Positions 55,453 to 64,000 of a DNA stretch of 64,000 nucleotides are shown here, piece after piece (position 1 is the first letter of the stretch; every line of letters starts with the position of its first letter). The stretch spans positions 2,212-66,211 of the forward strand of contig CALNAX010000044.1 of assembly GCA_937874465.1 (NCBI GenBank), in the 5' to 3' direction. The position numbers and the translations under genes are program-made. The notes beneath the pieces were generated by a model. It did not search any database. It saw only the letters and a program-made list of their open reading frames with translations, and had not been told where the DNA came from. Origin of the DNA: an uncultured Bacillales bacterium. GTDB taxonomy: Bacteria; Bacillota_I; Bacilli_A; RFN20; CAG-288.

Positions 55453-57876
55453 TCATTCAAACTGCTCCAAGTCGTATACGTAGATGCCATCGGTCAGGGA
55501 TGCGTTGCTGGAGAAGACGATTTCGACCTTGGCCGAGTCGTTTGCGTATTCATAGAGCGTGGAGCCATCTCCGTCGAAGTTCTCTTCCGAGGTGAGCACG
55601 AACCCTGAGCCTTCGCTATCCAGCACGGCCTTCAAAGAGGCGACATATTGGCTCATGTCGAAGTCATGGTAATAGGAATTCCAAAGGTTAAGGGCATTGC
55701 CTTGCAGGTATCCGCCATCGGTTTGATAGTCGAACCAGTCGCCGTTGATTTCCTGGTAATAGACATAGGGGATGGCCAGAGCCTGCGAAGTGGCGTCAAG
55801 AGAACCATATTCGCCAAAATAGGTCACCATGTCCTGGTAGATGGTGTCGGGATAAGCGTCTTGCCAATCGGTGGGATCGACCCAATCCACGAGGTCGGAT
55901 ACAGCGAACCCCTCCGGAAGGGAGACGGGAGACGAATAGTCGAACGCTATCTCCTCGCTTCCACTCGTGCCATTTTGGTAATAGTCAAACGTGATCCTGG
56001 AGATCAAGCCGTCACTTACCGTTATCGCAAACGAGGAGGGAAGGGCATAGGAGCCGTAATTGCCGCCGAAGAACGTCTGGGATCCAATGGAAAAGACGGC
56101 GGAATTCAAACTATACGTTCCATCGACAGAGGAGTCATCGTCAGCCTCGAATTCCAAGACAGCGGAGGAAATGGTCCAAGGGAAATAGTCCGTCAAGGTC
56201 CCGCTGGAACCAGGGGCCGTAGCCTTGAGGGTACCGGTAGTCGGATCGAAGGCGAAAGGCTCGATTAGTCCTTGGTCGCCATTGGCGGGAATGAACCCCG
56301 AATAGGCATGGTCACCGTTTGCGAAGTCGTCAAGCAAAAGAACTTCGTCGGGAACATAAGAATAGGAAAACCCGCTATTGGAGTCCTCGTCATCGGTGGC
56401 GATGGCCGAAAACGCGGGTTGCTTCATCTTGGCAATGACGTTGTCAAACGATTCCTTGACAGCGGAATCGCCACTCAGGACCTGCGGTTCCGCGATCGTG
56501 GTCCCCGACTCGACCTCAACGTCATATACGAGTTGAAAGGCCTGGCTGTACTGGTCAGAGGTCAAGTACTCGCTCTCGCCGTGAATATCGGTCAAGACCC
56601 CATTCGAGACATTGGCGTAGATGTCATTCCAAAAGCCCGAACCGACATCGTAGTCACCCACGATGGTAAGGGAATCCATCATTTCGAAGGCATTGAGGCC
56701 ATAGAAATCAAGCCTTGCGCCATCGTCGCCACGGAAGGCCTTTAGGTCAACCGTATCCTGGGGAAGGAGGAAGTCGACACCCCACGCATAGCCGGTATCA
56801 AGGCCCTGGATGGTGTTGGAACCGTCAAGATACTCTTGATAGACCTTGTAGTAGTCTCCGCTCTCCTTGTACACATACCTGGCGCCCCCATAGTCATATT
56901 CGGCCAGGCCATCGTCGTAATCGACATGGACGGAGGTTGAATCGTAGGGCTCTGAACTGCCATCGGCGAATCGCATCGTAACCTCGGTATTCACGGTCAG
57001 TTCGGACTCCTTGAGGAAGCTTGCCGATTCCTCGGCGGTCTGGCTGGGCAAGGAAGAATTGTCGGCCACATACTCGGCTATCGTGACATTGGAACTGCTG
57101 TCCTTGCCTTCCAAGGTTCCGAAGCCATCGGGGAACGATACATAGTCCTCATCTTCGCTTTCCTGCAATTCGAAATGAAGGCTGCTGTCTTCCAAAGAGA
57201 ACAACACCCTGGTGAAGTCGCCAAAGTTAGCCTGGGATTGGTAGCCGAGAAGGTAGCCGAAATAGTAGCAGGCATCACTAGAGGTGGTCGCAAACACGCC
57301 ATCTCCCAAATCAACGATGTCGGAGGAGGAGAAAGAGGAGCCGTCGACCAACTGGGTCAAATACTGGTATTCGGAGAGCTGGGTCGTGATCCATTCATCG
57401 AAGTCGTCCTCATAGGCCAAAGCGACTCCCAATACCACCTCCCCATCAGAGTCCAAGGAAAAACCATAGGCCACGTTTCCGGGATAGTCTTCCTGATCGT
57501 AGGTTGGCAGGGAAAGGTAGCCGCCTCCGTTCTTCATGCCATAGCTGATATAAGAGTCGGCGTAAATGTCTTCGTACTCGGCCCCGGAGTAGGAATAACC
57601 CAGCGTGAAATCTAACGCATGCGCATAAGATGCGATGGCCTGGTAAATGGCCGCGGGCGTCGTCAAATCCCCTGCGGAAGAAGATGACGAGGCATAAGAC
57701 GATCCCGCCGAAACGGTTGAGGACGATAGGGACGCCGACGAGGAGGAAGAGCCGCTACTGGCATTGGACGATTGCTCTCCACCGGAAACCAAGCTGCTGG
57801 TGCTACCGCACGAGGCAAGGGCAAGAGCCAGGACGGTCAAGAAGGCCAAAGGCATAGTTTCGTTTCTGCTTTTCAT
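55453..57876 (-). CDS. Large acidic Ser-rich lipoprotein (807 aa, intact)
   Basis: Lipobox LAS-C, poly-Ser linker and D/E/Y/S-rich body; paralogous to 58121..60574. Confidence 0.88.
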   Translation of the reverse strand: MKSRNETMPLAFLTVLALALASCGSTSSLVSGGEQSSNASSGSSSSSASLSSSTVSAGSSYASSSSSAGDLTTPAAIYQAIASYAHALDFTLGYSYSGAEYEDIYADSYISYGMKNGGGYLSLPTYDQEDYPGNVAYGFSLDSDGEVVLGVALAYEDDFDEWITTQLSEYQYLTQLVDGSSFSSSDIVDLGDGVFATTSSDACYYFGYLLGYQSQANFGDFTRVLFSLEDSSLHFELQESEDEDYVSFPDGFGTLEGKDSSSNVTIAEYVADNSSLPSQTAEESASFLKESELTVNTEVTMRFADGSSEPYDSTSVHVDYDDGLAEYDYGGARYVYKESGDYYKVYQEYLDGSNTIQGLDTGYAWGVDFLLPQDTVDLKAFRGDDGARLDFYGLNAFEMMDSLTIVGDYDVGSGFWNDIYANVSNGVLTDIHGESEYLTSDQYSQAFQLVYDVEVESGTTIAEPQVLSGDSAVKESFDNVIAKMKQPAFSAIATDDEDSNSGFSYSYVPDEVLLLDDFANGDHAYSGFIPANGDQGLIEPFAFDPTTGTLKATAPGSSGTLTDYFPWTISSAVLEFEADDDSSVDGTYSLNSAVFSIGSQTFFGGNYGSYALPSSFAITVSDGLISRITFDYYQNGTSGSEEIAFDYSSPVSLPEGFAVSDLVDWVDPTDWQDAYPDTIYQDMVTYFGEYGSLDATSQALAIPYVYYQEINGDWFDYQTDGGYLQGNALNLWNSYYHDFDMSQYVASLKAVLDSEGSGFVLTSEENFDGDGSTLYEYANDSAKVEIVFSSNASLTDGIYVYDLEQFE

Positions 57877-57999
57877 TTGAATGTTTCCTTTCCCTTAAAC
57901 GCAATGAATATCGGCTCATGGGCATGGACGGCTTCACATGATTTTGCATTGACTTGTTGCTTTTACCTCACGCCTTATATACATTAGTAAGGCCGCAAT

Positions 58000-58075
58000 G
58001 CCAACGTAGCTCAGCTGGTAGAGCAGTTGATTCGTAATCAACCGGTCACAAGTTCGACTCTTGCCGTTGGCACCA
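58000..58075 (+). tRNA. tRNA-Thr(CGT)
   Basis: GCCAACG/CGTTGGC acceptor, loop TT-CGT-AA, T-loop TTCGACT, CCA end. Confidence 0.95.
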
Positions 58076-58088
58076 TTTCTAAAGACTG

Positions 58089-58114
58089 AAAGGCCCTGAA
58101 TGGGGCTTTTTTTT
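58089..58114. terminator. Terminator between tRNA-Thr and the converging lipoprotein gene
   Basis: AAAGGCCC/GGGGCTTT stem followed by a T-run. Confidence 0.7.
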
Positions 58115-58120
58115 CTTGCT

Positions 58121-60574
58121 TTAGGCCAAATCGTAAACGTATATTCCATCGGTCGGTCCCAAAGTCGAAAAAACGATATACATCCCGCCTTCGGCATTCT
58201 CGTATGAATATTGCGTCGTGCCATCGTACTGGACTTCCTCGGTAACCTCTACGAAGGAAGAGTCGGCGTCAAGCTGCTTCTTGAAATTGGTGATGAACGA
58301 AGTCTCATCGCTGCCGGAAGACTGGTAGGAGTTGACTATTACCACGCCCTGACCATAGGAGAAGGAATAAGAGTCGCTAATGGTCCAATAGTCGTTCAGC
58401 ACCGAGTCATAGAGATATGGAACTGCCAGGGCCTTCTCTTCATAGGAGGCATCGCCATTGTTCTTGAAGTACTTTTCCAATCCGGGGAAGACGATGTCGG
58501 GACTTGTCTCTCGCCAGTCGGACGGCACATCGGAAATCCCGTTCCAGTCACTGATCTTGGTATAGTCGAAGCCTTCCGGAAGCGTTACGGAATCATAGCT
58601 GAAATCCACTTCCTCCGACCCGACGAAGCTGTTGCCATACAGGCTGTAGTCATAGGTTATCGAAGTTATGAGGCCATCGCTGGATATCGCCATCTTCCAA
58701 GTGGAAGGCTTTGCTCCCCGCTCATACTGGCCGCCGAAGAATTCCTGGCCCTTGAGGGTCCCGATGTCCTGGTTCACGGTGAATTCTCCACTGCCATCGT
58801 CGTTCTCCTCGTATTCCAGGACCGCAGCGGAAATGTCAAACGGAAGGAAATCCCCAACGGTCCCTTCTTGAGCCGCACCTACGGCATAGAGCATTCCGTA
58901 GGGAGGGACGAGCTTGAAAGGCTCGACTTTGGAGGAGTCACCGGCAGAAGGCACATAGCCGTAGTAAGTGGTCGCATCGGTGTTGATGTAACCGTTCTCG
59001 GTATTCGAGATGGCAAGCCAAGCCTCGTTGGGCACATATGTGTAGTCGATGCTGTTTCCGGCGGTGCCTACCGTATAGGCGTTGGCGGCGAAACTGGTGG
59101 TTTCCATATTGTCGATGACGTCAGAGATCTTGGCCATGGCCACTTCATCGCCAACGAGTGGCGTCGGATCGCCAATGGCGACACCGGCCTCGATCTTCAT
59201 GTCGTAAGAGAACCGGTAAGTCCCATCGTCGGCGGAGATTCAAACGCTCTTGGCGATTATGTCCGTAACGACTCCATCTTCGACCAGGGCGCTTACGCTG
59301 CCCCAGAATCCGGTTCCATAGCCCAAATCGCCAACATAGGTCAATGACTCAACCATAGCCTCGACATTGAGCCCATAATAGGCGAAAGAAGATCCGTCGC
59401 TACTGCGGAAAGCCGAAAGATCGATGTTGTCTTCCGGAATCAAGACGTCCTCTCCCCAGACACCAGACGAGACGACTGTAGCCAATTCGTTTGAGCCATC
59501 AATGGCTATCTGCTCCACCTCATCGCCATTTCTCTTATAGGTCTTTGTTCCATCGTCGGTCCTGTACTCGATGTAGCCGTTGTCCTCGTCTACATCCACG
59601 TATGAATGAGAGTAATCCGAAGTTGTGCCTTCAGGGTATTCCTTGACTATGGATGTATCGACGGCAAGCATTGATCCCTTGAGGTTCTGTCCGACCGAAT
59701 CCAAGGTGGCGGAAGGGAGGGTCTCGTTTTCCTCAAGATATTCCTTCAGTTTGGCGTTGCCGCTTTCGCCCGGATTGGACAGGACCGCCGTGCCATCGTT
59801 TACGGTATAGTAACCGCCGTTATCATAGTCGGTCTCCTGAAGCGAATAGGACAAGGAGCCGTCGTCACCCAGCTCGAACAAGACTCGGGTGAAATAGCCA
59901 TAATAAGCAGCATCGTAATATCCGAGAAGATAGCCAAAAATCATCGCGGCACTGGCATTGGTCGTACCATAGGTTCCATCGCCGAAATCAACTACGTCTG
60001 CGGAAGTGAAACCATAGGAATCCAAGAGGGAGAGATAGCGCAGACTGTCGATACTTACAGGGGTGGAGGCACCGGTCTCGTCGGTCTGGGTCAGCGCCAC
60101 TCCCAACTCGACGTCCCCCAAACTATCGAGAGTGAAATCGTAGGTTATGTCGCCAGAATAGACATCTTGGTCATAACTCGGCAAAGACAGATACCCATTG
60201 CCATCTTGGAGACCGTAACTAACGTACTTCTTAGCGAACACATCCACTATGGTTTCGCCGTTGTAATCCGAAGTCTGGGTGAAGTCCTCGGCATTGGCGT
60301 ACCTCTCTATTGCATCATAGATCTCATTGGGGGTCTGATCCACAGGCTGGGAAGAAGAATCGCTTCCGGATGCAGACGATGATGCGGAGGAAGAACTTGA
60401 CGAATCGACGCTACGGCTGGAGCCAACAGTGCTAACAGGGGTGGAAGAAGACGAAACGGTTAAGCTCCCGCTCGAAGCGGAAGAGCCGTTCGAGACATTC
60501 GTACCGCAGGAGGCTATCGAAAGCGAAGAAACGATGCTTATCGCGAGTATCAGGCTTTTGCGATTTCTTGACAT
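58121..60574 (-). pseudogene. Large acidic lipoprotein paralog interrupted by one in-frame TGA (59240-59242)
   Basis: Lipobox IAS-C. ORFs 59240..60574 and 58121..59200 share one frame (...DIIAKSV*ISADDGTYRFSYDMKIEAG...) and together run colinear with the 807-aa neighbour. Confidence 0.82.
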
Positions 60575-60798
60575 TAATGTTCCTTTTCCAGGTCAAGTAG
60601 ATTCTACACAGGCTGTTACAAAAAGAAACCATTTTCATAATCTTGATGGGAAAGCAAACTCTTGGCCGAGCTTGGCTAACTTGTCTTTGCGCTTTTAAAA
60701 CCCAAATGATAAGTATGGTCGCTACGCATTATGGTGCCTTTTTGAAAACCCCATTAAAGACCGGGGGAAGTCATGATATACTTTTCCATGCCTATTTT

Positions 60799-60872
60799 GC
60801 AGGCGTAGTTCAGTGGTAGAACTTCGGCTTCCCAAGCCGACCACGCGGGTCCGATTCCCGTCGCTTGCTCCA
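60799..60872 (+). tRNA. tRNA-Gly(CCC), atypical C55
   Basis: GCAGGCG acceptor, stem TCGGC/GCCGA, loop TT-CCC-AA, T-loop TCCGATT, T plus CCA end. Confidence 0.94.
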
Positions 60873-60886
60873 TTGATTTGAAAATT

Positions 60887-60908
60887 GCCCACTAGCTGGG
60901 CTTTTTTT
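60887..60908 (+). terminator. Terminator after tRNA-Gly(CCC)
   Basis: GCCCA/TGGGC stem followed by T7. Confidence 0.75.
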
Positions 60909-60979
60909 ATTCCTAATGAGCGTCAGGCAAAGACTGGAAAAAGGCGGATGGTAGACTTGTACATGGAGGAATGGAAAAC

Positions 60980-61156
60980 ATGGAAAGCAAGATAGAGAAG
61001 GGCAAAGCCAAGGAAAAATTGGCCAATCCCGATGACATAGCCTGCGCTTGCGACTGGCCTTTGACCCAAGACGACGTCGACAAGGCCACGAGTTTCCCCC
61101 ATGAGTACAGGTTTCCGAAAGAGAAGGCGAAGAAGAAGGCCAAGGCCAAGAAGTGA
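60980..61156 (+). CDS. Small hypothetical protein
   Basis: GGAGG RBS 10 nt before ATG 60980; 58 aa, Lys-rich ends, 'IACACDWP' core. Confidence 0.6.
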   Translation: MESKIEKGKAKEKLANPDDIACACDWPLTQDDVDKATSFPHEYRFPKEKAKKKAKAKK

Positions 61157-61289
61157 GACGCCAGTCTTTTAAGACTTTCGTGTTGGCCAGAAGGTTTTTC
61201 TGTGGCCTTTTGCTAAAGACACGTAGAGTTATGGTTGTATATTATTAACTAATGGACCAACGTTTCGGTTAGCCAGGTAAGGAGGGGAC

Positions 61290-62090
61290 ATGCGTGCTTT
61301 AAGTTCCATCGCCTTGATAGCGTCATGGAATCCGTCTGATTACGGCATAATAGACATCGTCGACATTGCTCTCGCAAGTGCCATCTGCCTGCTTTTGCTG
61401 GTGGTTTGCATCATATATTTCAAGAAAAAGCTGTTGATATCGACTTTCCTTTTCGGCTTTTCGCTCTTGATAGTCTCGATAGTCTTCAAGATGTACATGA
61501 CCACCATCGTGGTTTCCCTGGTGATAACGGCCTTCGCCATCCTGGCCCTGTTCTTCAACATGGGACCGATAAGGGAAGCCATGCAAAACCCCCTCGGCCA
61601 CAAGGGAAAGGTCAGCGACAAGCCCACGATCGGGGAGAGCGTCCCCTTCGACGAGAAGAGGTTCTATAACGATGTCACCACGGCCGTCCTGAAACTCTCG
61701 AGCACCAAGACGGGGGCGATCATGACCTTCGAGAAGAAGATGCCCCTGGATTCGTTCATGAGAAACGGCACCATAATCAATGCGCCTTTCACCCCCGAGC
61801 TAGTGGAGACCATCTTCTATGTGGGAACCCGTCTCCACGATGGGGCGATAATTGTACGGAAGAACATAATAGTGGCCGCTTCGGTCTACTACACTCCCTC
61901 CACCAAGGCCTTGACCGGGAAGTTTGGTGCCCGTCATCGGGCCGCCTTGGGGATATCGGAAGCCACCGATTCGGTCACCGTGGTCTGCTCCGAGGAGACC
62001 GGCCGCATCTCCATCGCCTACCAGGGACGGCTGGAACCGGTCCGGCGCGATGAGTTCCCGACCGTCTTCAAGGACTACATGAATTACTAG
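61290..62090 (+). CDS. cdaA: Diadenylate cyclase (CdaA/DacA)
   Basis: Three N-terminal TMs and a DAC domain with 'LHDGA', 'GARHRAALGISE.TD' and 'SEETG.IS'. Confidence 0.94.
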   Translation: MRALSSIALIASWNPSDYGIIDIVDIALASAICLLLLVVCIIYFKKKLLISTFLFGFSLLIVSIVFKMYMTTIVVSLVITAFAILALFFNMGPIREAMQNPLGHKGKVSDKPTIGESVPFDEKRFYNDVTTAVLKLSSTKTGAIMTFEKKMPLDSFMRNGTIINAPFTPELVETIFYVGTRLHDGAIIVRKNIIVAASVYYTPSTKALTGKFGARHRAALGISEATDSVTVVCSEETGRISIAYQGRLEPVRRDEFPTVFKDYMNY

Positions 62091-62126
62091 TCGTTTCGTC
62101 TTTCCGTAACCTGAGAGGAACTACCG

Positions 62127-62735
62127 ATGGAGAAATACGATATAAACGATTACCTGTTGAAAGTCGAGGAAATCGCCAAGGTCGGCCTAAAGTATTCCAA
62201 GGATCCCTACGCCCTGGACAACTATGACGAACTCCAGCGCCTTACGGCCCGGTTCATCGAAAACCTCGACCAGATTCAGGTCGGTGACGGCAACTTCTTC
62301 AAAAGGGATGTCTATCCCACGCCGAACGTCTCCGTCCGTACCGTCTTCCTCTCCCCGGACAAGAAACAGGTCTTTTTGGTCCAGGAAGCCCGGGATGGCG
62401 GTTGGTCCTTTCCCGGTGGCTGGTCCGAGATAGGCCTTTCCCCTGCGGCCTCCGCCAAGAAGGAAGTGTGGGAAGAGGCGGGCTATGACTGCGACCTGAC
62501 GAGGATGGTCGGAGCCATGGATCGCTACTATGGCGTCCAAGCCAAAGGCGTACCCGAATACATATTGGTCTACGAGGGAAAATTCAAGGGCGAACAGCAT
62601 AAGCCATCCTACGAGATCCTAGATACCGGTTGGTTCCCCGTTAACGACCTGCCAAGGATTTCCGTCAAGAACAACGGCGAGCAGATGAGGATGATGCTCG
62701 AATGTGCCATCGAGGGCAAAAGCCTGATCAATTGA
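62127..62735 (+). CDS. Nudix hydrolase with N-terminal Nudix_N domain
   Basis: 'GLKYSKDPY', 'YPTP.VSVR' and Nudix box 'PGGWSEIGLSPAASAKKEVWEEAG'. Confidence 0.92.
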   Translation: MEKYDINDYLLKVEEIAKVGLKYSKDPYALDNYDELQRLTARFIENLDQIQVGDGNFFKRDVYPTPNVSVRTVFLSPDKKQVFLVQEARDGGWSFPGGWSEIGLSPAASAKKEVWEEAGYDCDLTRMVGAMDRYYGVQAKGVPEYILVYEGKFKGEQHKPSYEILDTGWFPVNDLPRISVKNNGEQMRMMLECAIEGKSLIN

Positions 62736-62767
62736 AAAGCACCGGATCGTTCCGGTGCTTTCTTTTC
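62735..62767. terminator. Bidirectional terminator
   Basis: AAAAGCACCGGA-TCGT-TCCGGTGCTTTT. Confidence 0.85.
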
Positions 62768-62769
62768 CG

Positions 62770-64000
62770 TCAGAGCAATTGGCCAGTCTTCCCGAATCTA
62801 TCGTTGTCCTGTTTCTCCAGCTTTCCCATGTAGACGTAGTAGATCAAGGCGCCCAGGGGGAAGAGGGCCGCAAAGGCCCAGGCCATCGGCGAAGCAAAGC
62901 CGACCGAGAAGAAGGCCCAGCCATAATGGGCATCGCCAAGCAGGGGGGTGGCATTGATCAAGGTGGGGATGGCAAGGCTGGCAAAGGTCCGTGCGACCAG
63001 CTCCGCTATTCCGGCGAGCAGGGGGAACAGGGATTTCCCAAGTCCCTGGACGGAGCTCCTCACGATGAACAGAAGGCCCAAAAGCCAGAAGCATGGCGCA
63101 ATGCAGTAGAAGTAGAACCGACCGTAGTACTTGACCGCCTCGGTCACGTAGTCGGCCTTCAAGAACATGTATAGATAGGCACCGTTTATGCTCGTAAGCA
63201 TGGCGATCAAGAACAGGATCACGCAAAGGATCCCCATGAGGACGAAGGACTGATTCAGGCCCTTCTTTATGCGGTTGTAGAGACGGGCGCCACGGTTTTG
63301 GGAGCAATAGGAAAGCATGGCTGCCCCGAAAGCGTCCTGGGAAGTCTCCATGAATGATTCCCATTTGTTGGACGGGCCAAAGGCATTCTGGGCATCGACG
63401 AAGTTGCGCTTCCCGTCGATGACCACGCCTTTGAAGGTGATTCCCTGGAAGGTGTAGAACTGTCCGGTCTCCTCATAGTAATTTTGGCTGAACAGGTCGA
63501 AGCTCAAGACGTTGTTTTGCAAGAGGATGAGGCCGATGGCAAGGATGGAGAACTGGAAGGCCAGGGGCAAGCCGAGCTTTAGGTGTTCCCAGGCAAAGGC
63601 CCATGAGATATGGAAATCCGCCTTCTTGGGCCTGATGAATGGATACCGCTTGAGGGCATAAAGGATGCAGCCGATGGCGGCCACGAACTGGGAGATGTCA
63701 ACCGATAGGGCCGCACCGAACACTCCCCCCGCCCCTTCGAGGCCAAAGTCCGGCATGGCATCACCGATACCGGCCACGAAGAGGAAATCCAAGCCGATCG
63801 ACAAAAGGGTCGAACCGGCCAGGAACAGAAACGGCGTCAGGGAATCCCCCAGGGAACGGAGGAAGGCGCAGATCAGGTTATAGAAGACCTGGGTGAACAA
63901 GCCGGCATAGATGGTAGTCACGAATATCTTGGCGGCCCGATAGGTGTCGGGTTGGGCGGTCATGTTGAGTCCCAGGACCGACAGAAGTGGATCGATGCAG
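62770..64000 (-). CDS. MATE-family efflux transporter, partial (5' end outside the window)
   Basis: 'YNLICAFLRSLGDSLTPF', 'LKLGLPLAFQFSI', 'SQNRGA' and 'RSSVQGLG'; the frame stays open to the window edge. Confidence 0.9.
   Translation of the reverse strand, partial: CIDPLLSVLGLNMTAQPDTYRAAKIFVTTIYAGLFTQVFYNLICAFLRSLGDSLTPFLFLAGSTLLSIGLDFLFVAGIGDAMPDFGLEGAGGVFGAALSVDISQFVAAIGCILYALKRYPFIRPKKADFHISWAFAWEHLKLGLPLAFQFSILAIGLILLQNNVLSFDLFSQNYYEETGQFYTFQGITFKGVVIDGKRNFVDAQNAFGPSNKWESFMETSQDAFGAAMLSYCSQNRGARLYNRIKKGLNQSFVLMGILCVILFLIAMLTSINGAYLYMFLKADYVTEAVKYYGRFYFYCIAPCFWLLGLLFIVRSSVQGLGKSLFPLLAGIAELVARTFASLAIPTLINATPLLGDAHYGWAFFSVGFASPMAWAFAALFPLGALIYYVYMGKLEKQDNDRFGKTGQLL

Noticed and set aside
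59240-59242. Genome-wide TGA=Trp (code 4) or selenocysteine as the explanation for the in-frame TGA
   Set aside because: TGA ends many genes here at their expected C-termini (e.g. 596-598, gmk, xth), Trp is encoded by TGG, and the context is not a redox Cys site.
55440-60900. Integrative element at tRNA-Thr or tRNA-Gly
   Set aside because: No integrase, and I found no duplicated tRNA 3' end (att site) flanking the lipoprotein genes.

Overview
A GC-rich chromosomal segment of a Bacillota (class Bacilli) bacterium. The ezrA-iscS-thiI, ccpA, infC-rpmI-rplT, rplM-rpsI and ymfF/ymfH-ftsK genes and the Ser-rich acidic lipoproteins suggest an uncultured, genome-reduced gut lineage (RFN20/Erysipelotrichales-like; this is inference). 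The standard code fits: AGG and CGG fall at conserved Arg positions in L35 and L20, and TGA terminates genes. Content is mostly housekeeping: translation, tRNA modification, maltodextrin metabolism, lipid scavenging, potABCD and cdaA, plus five tRNA genes (Asp-GTC, Gly-TCC, fMet-CAT, Thr-CGT, Gly-CCC). I saw no integrase, transposase, phage gene or CRISPR array. The most notable signals are: (1) a type II Wadjet-like jetABC SMC operon with no jetD nuclease, set among core genes and converging on a HEPN-like RNase gene plus an orphan HigA-like HTH gene; (2) three of five tRNAs carry C at the near-invariant U55, and two of these also carry C at U33; (3) three large acidic lipoprotein genes lie beside tRNA genes, two interrupted by in-frame stops or a frameshift; (4) candidate uncharacterised leader RNAs precede an NCS2 nucleobase permease and potABCD; (5) a fused DUF1538 membrane protein with two PII-like proteins. 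Family assignments come from motif recognition by eye, not database searches.
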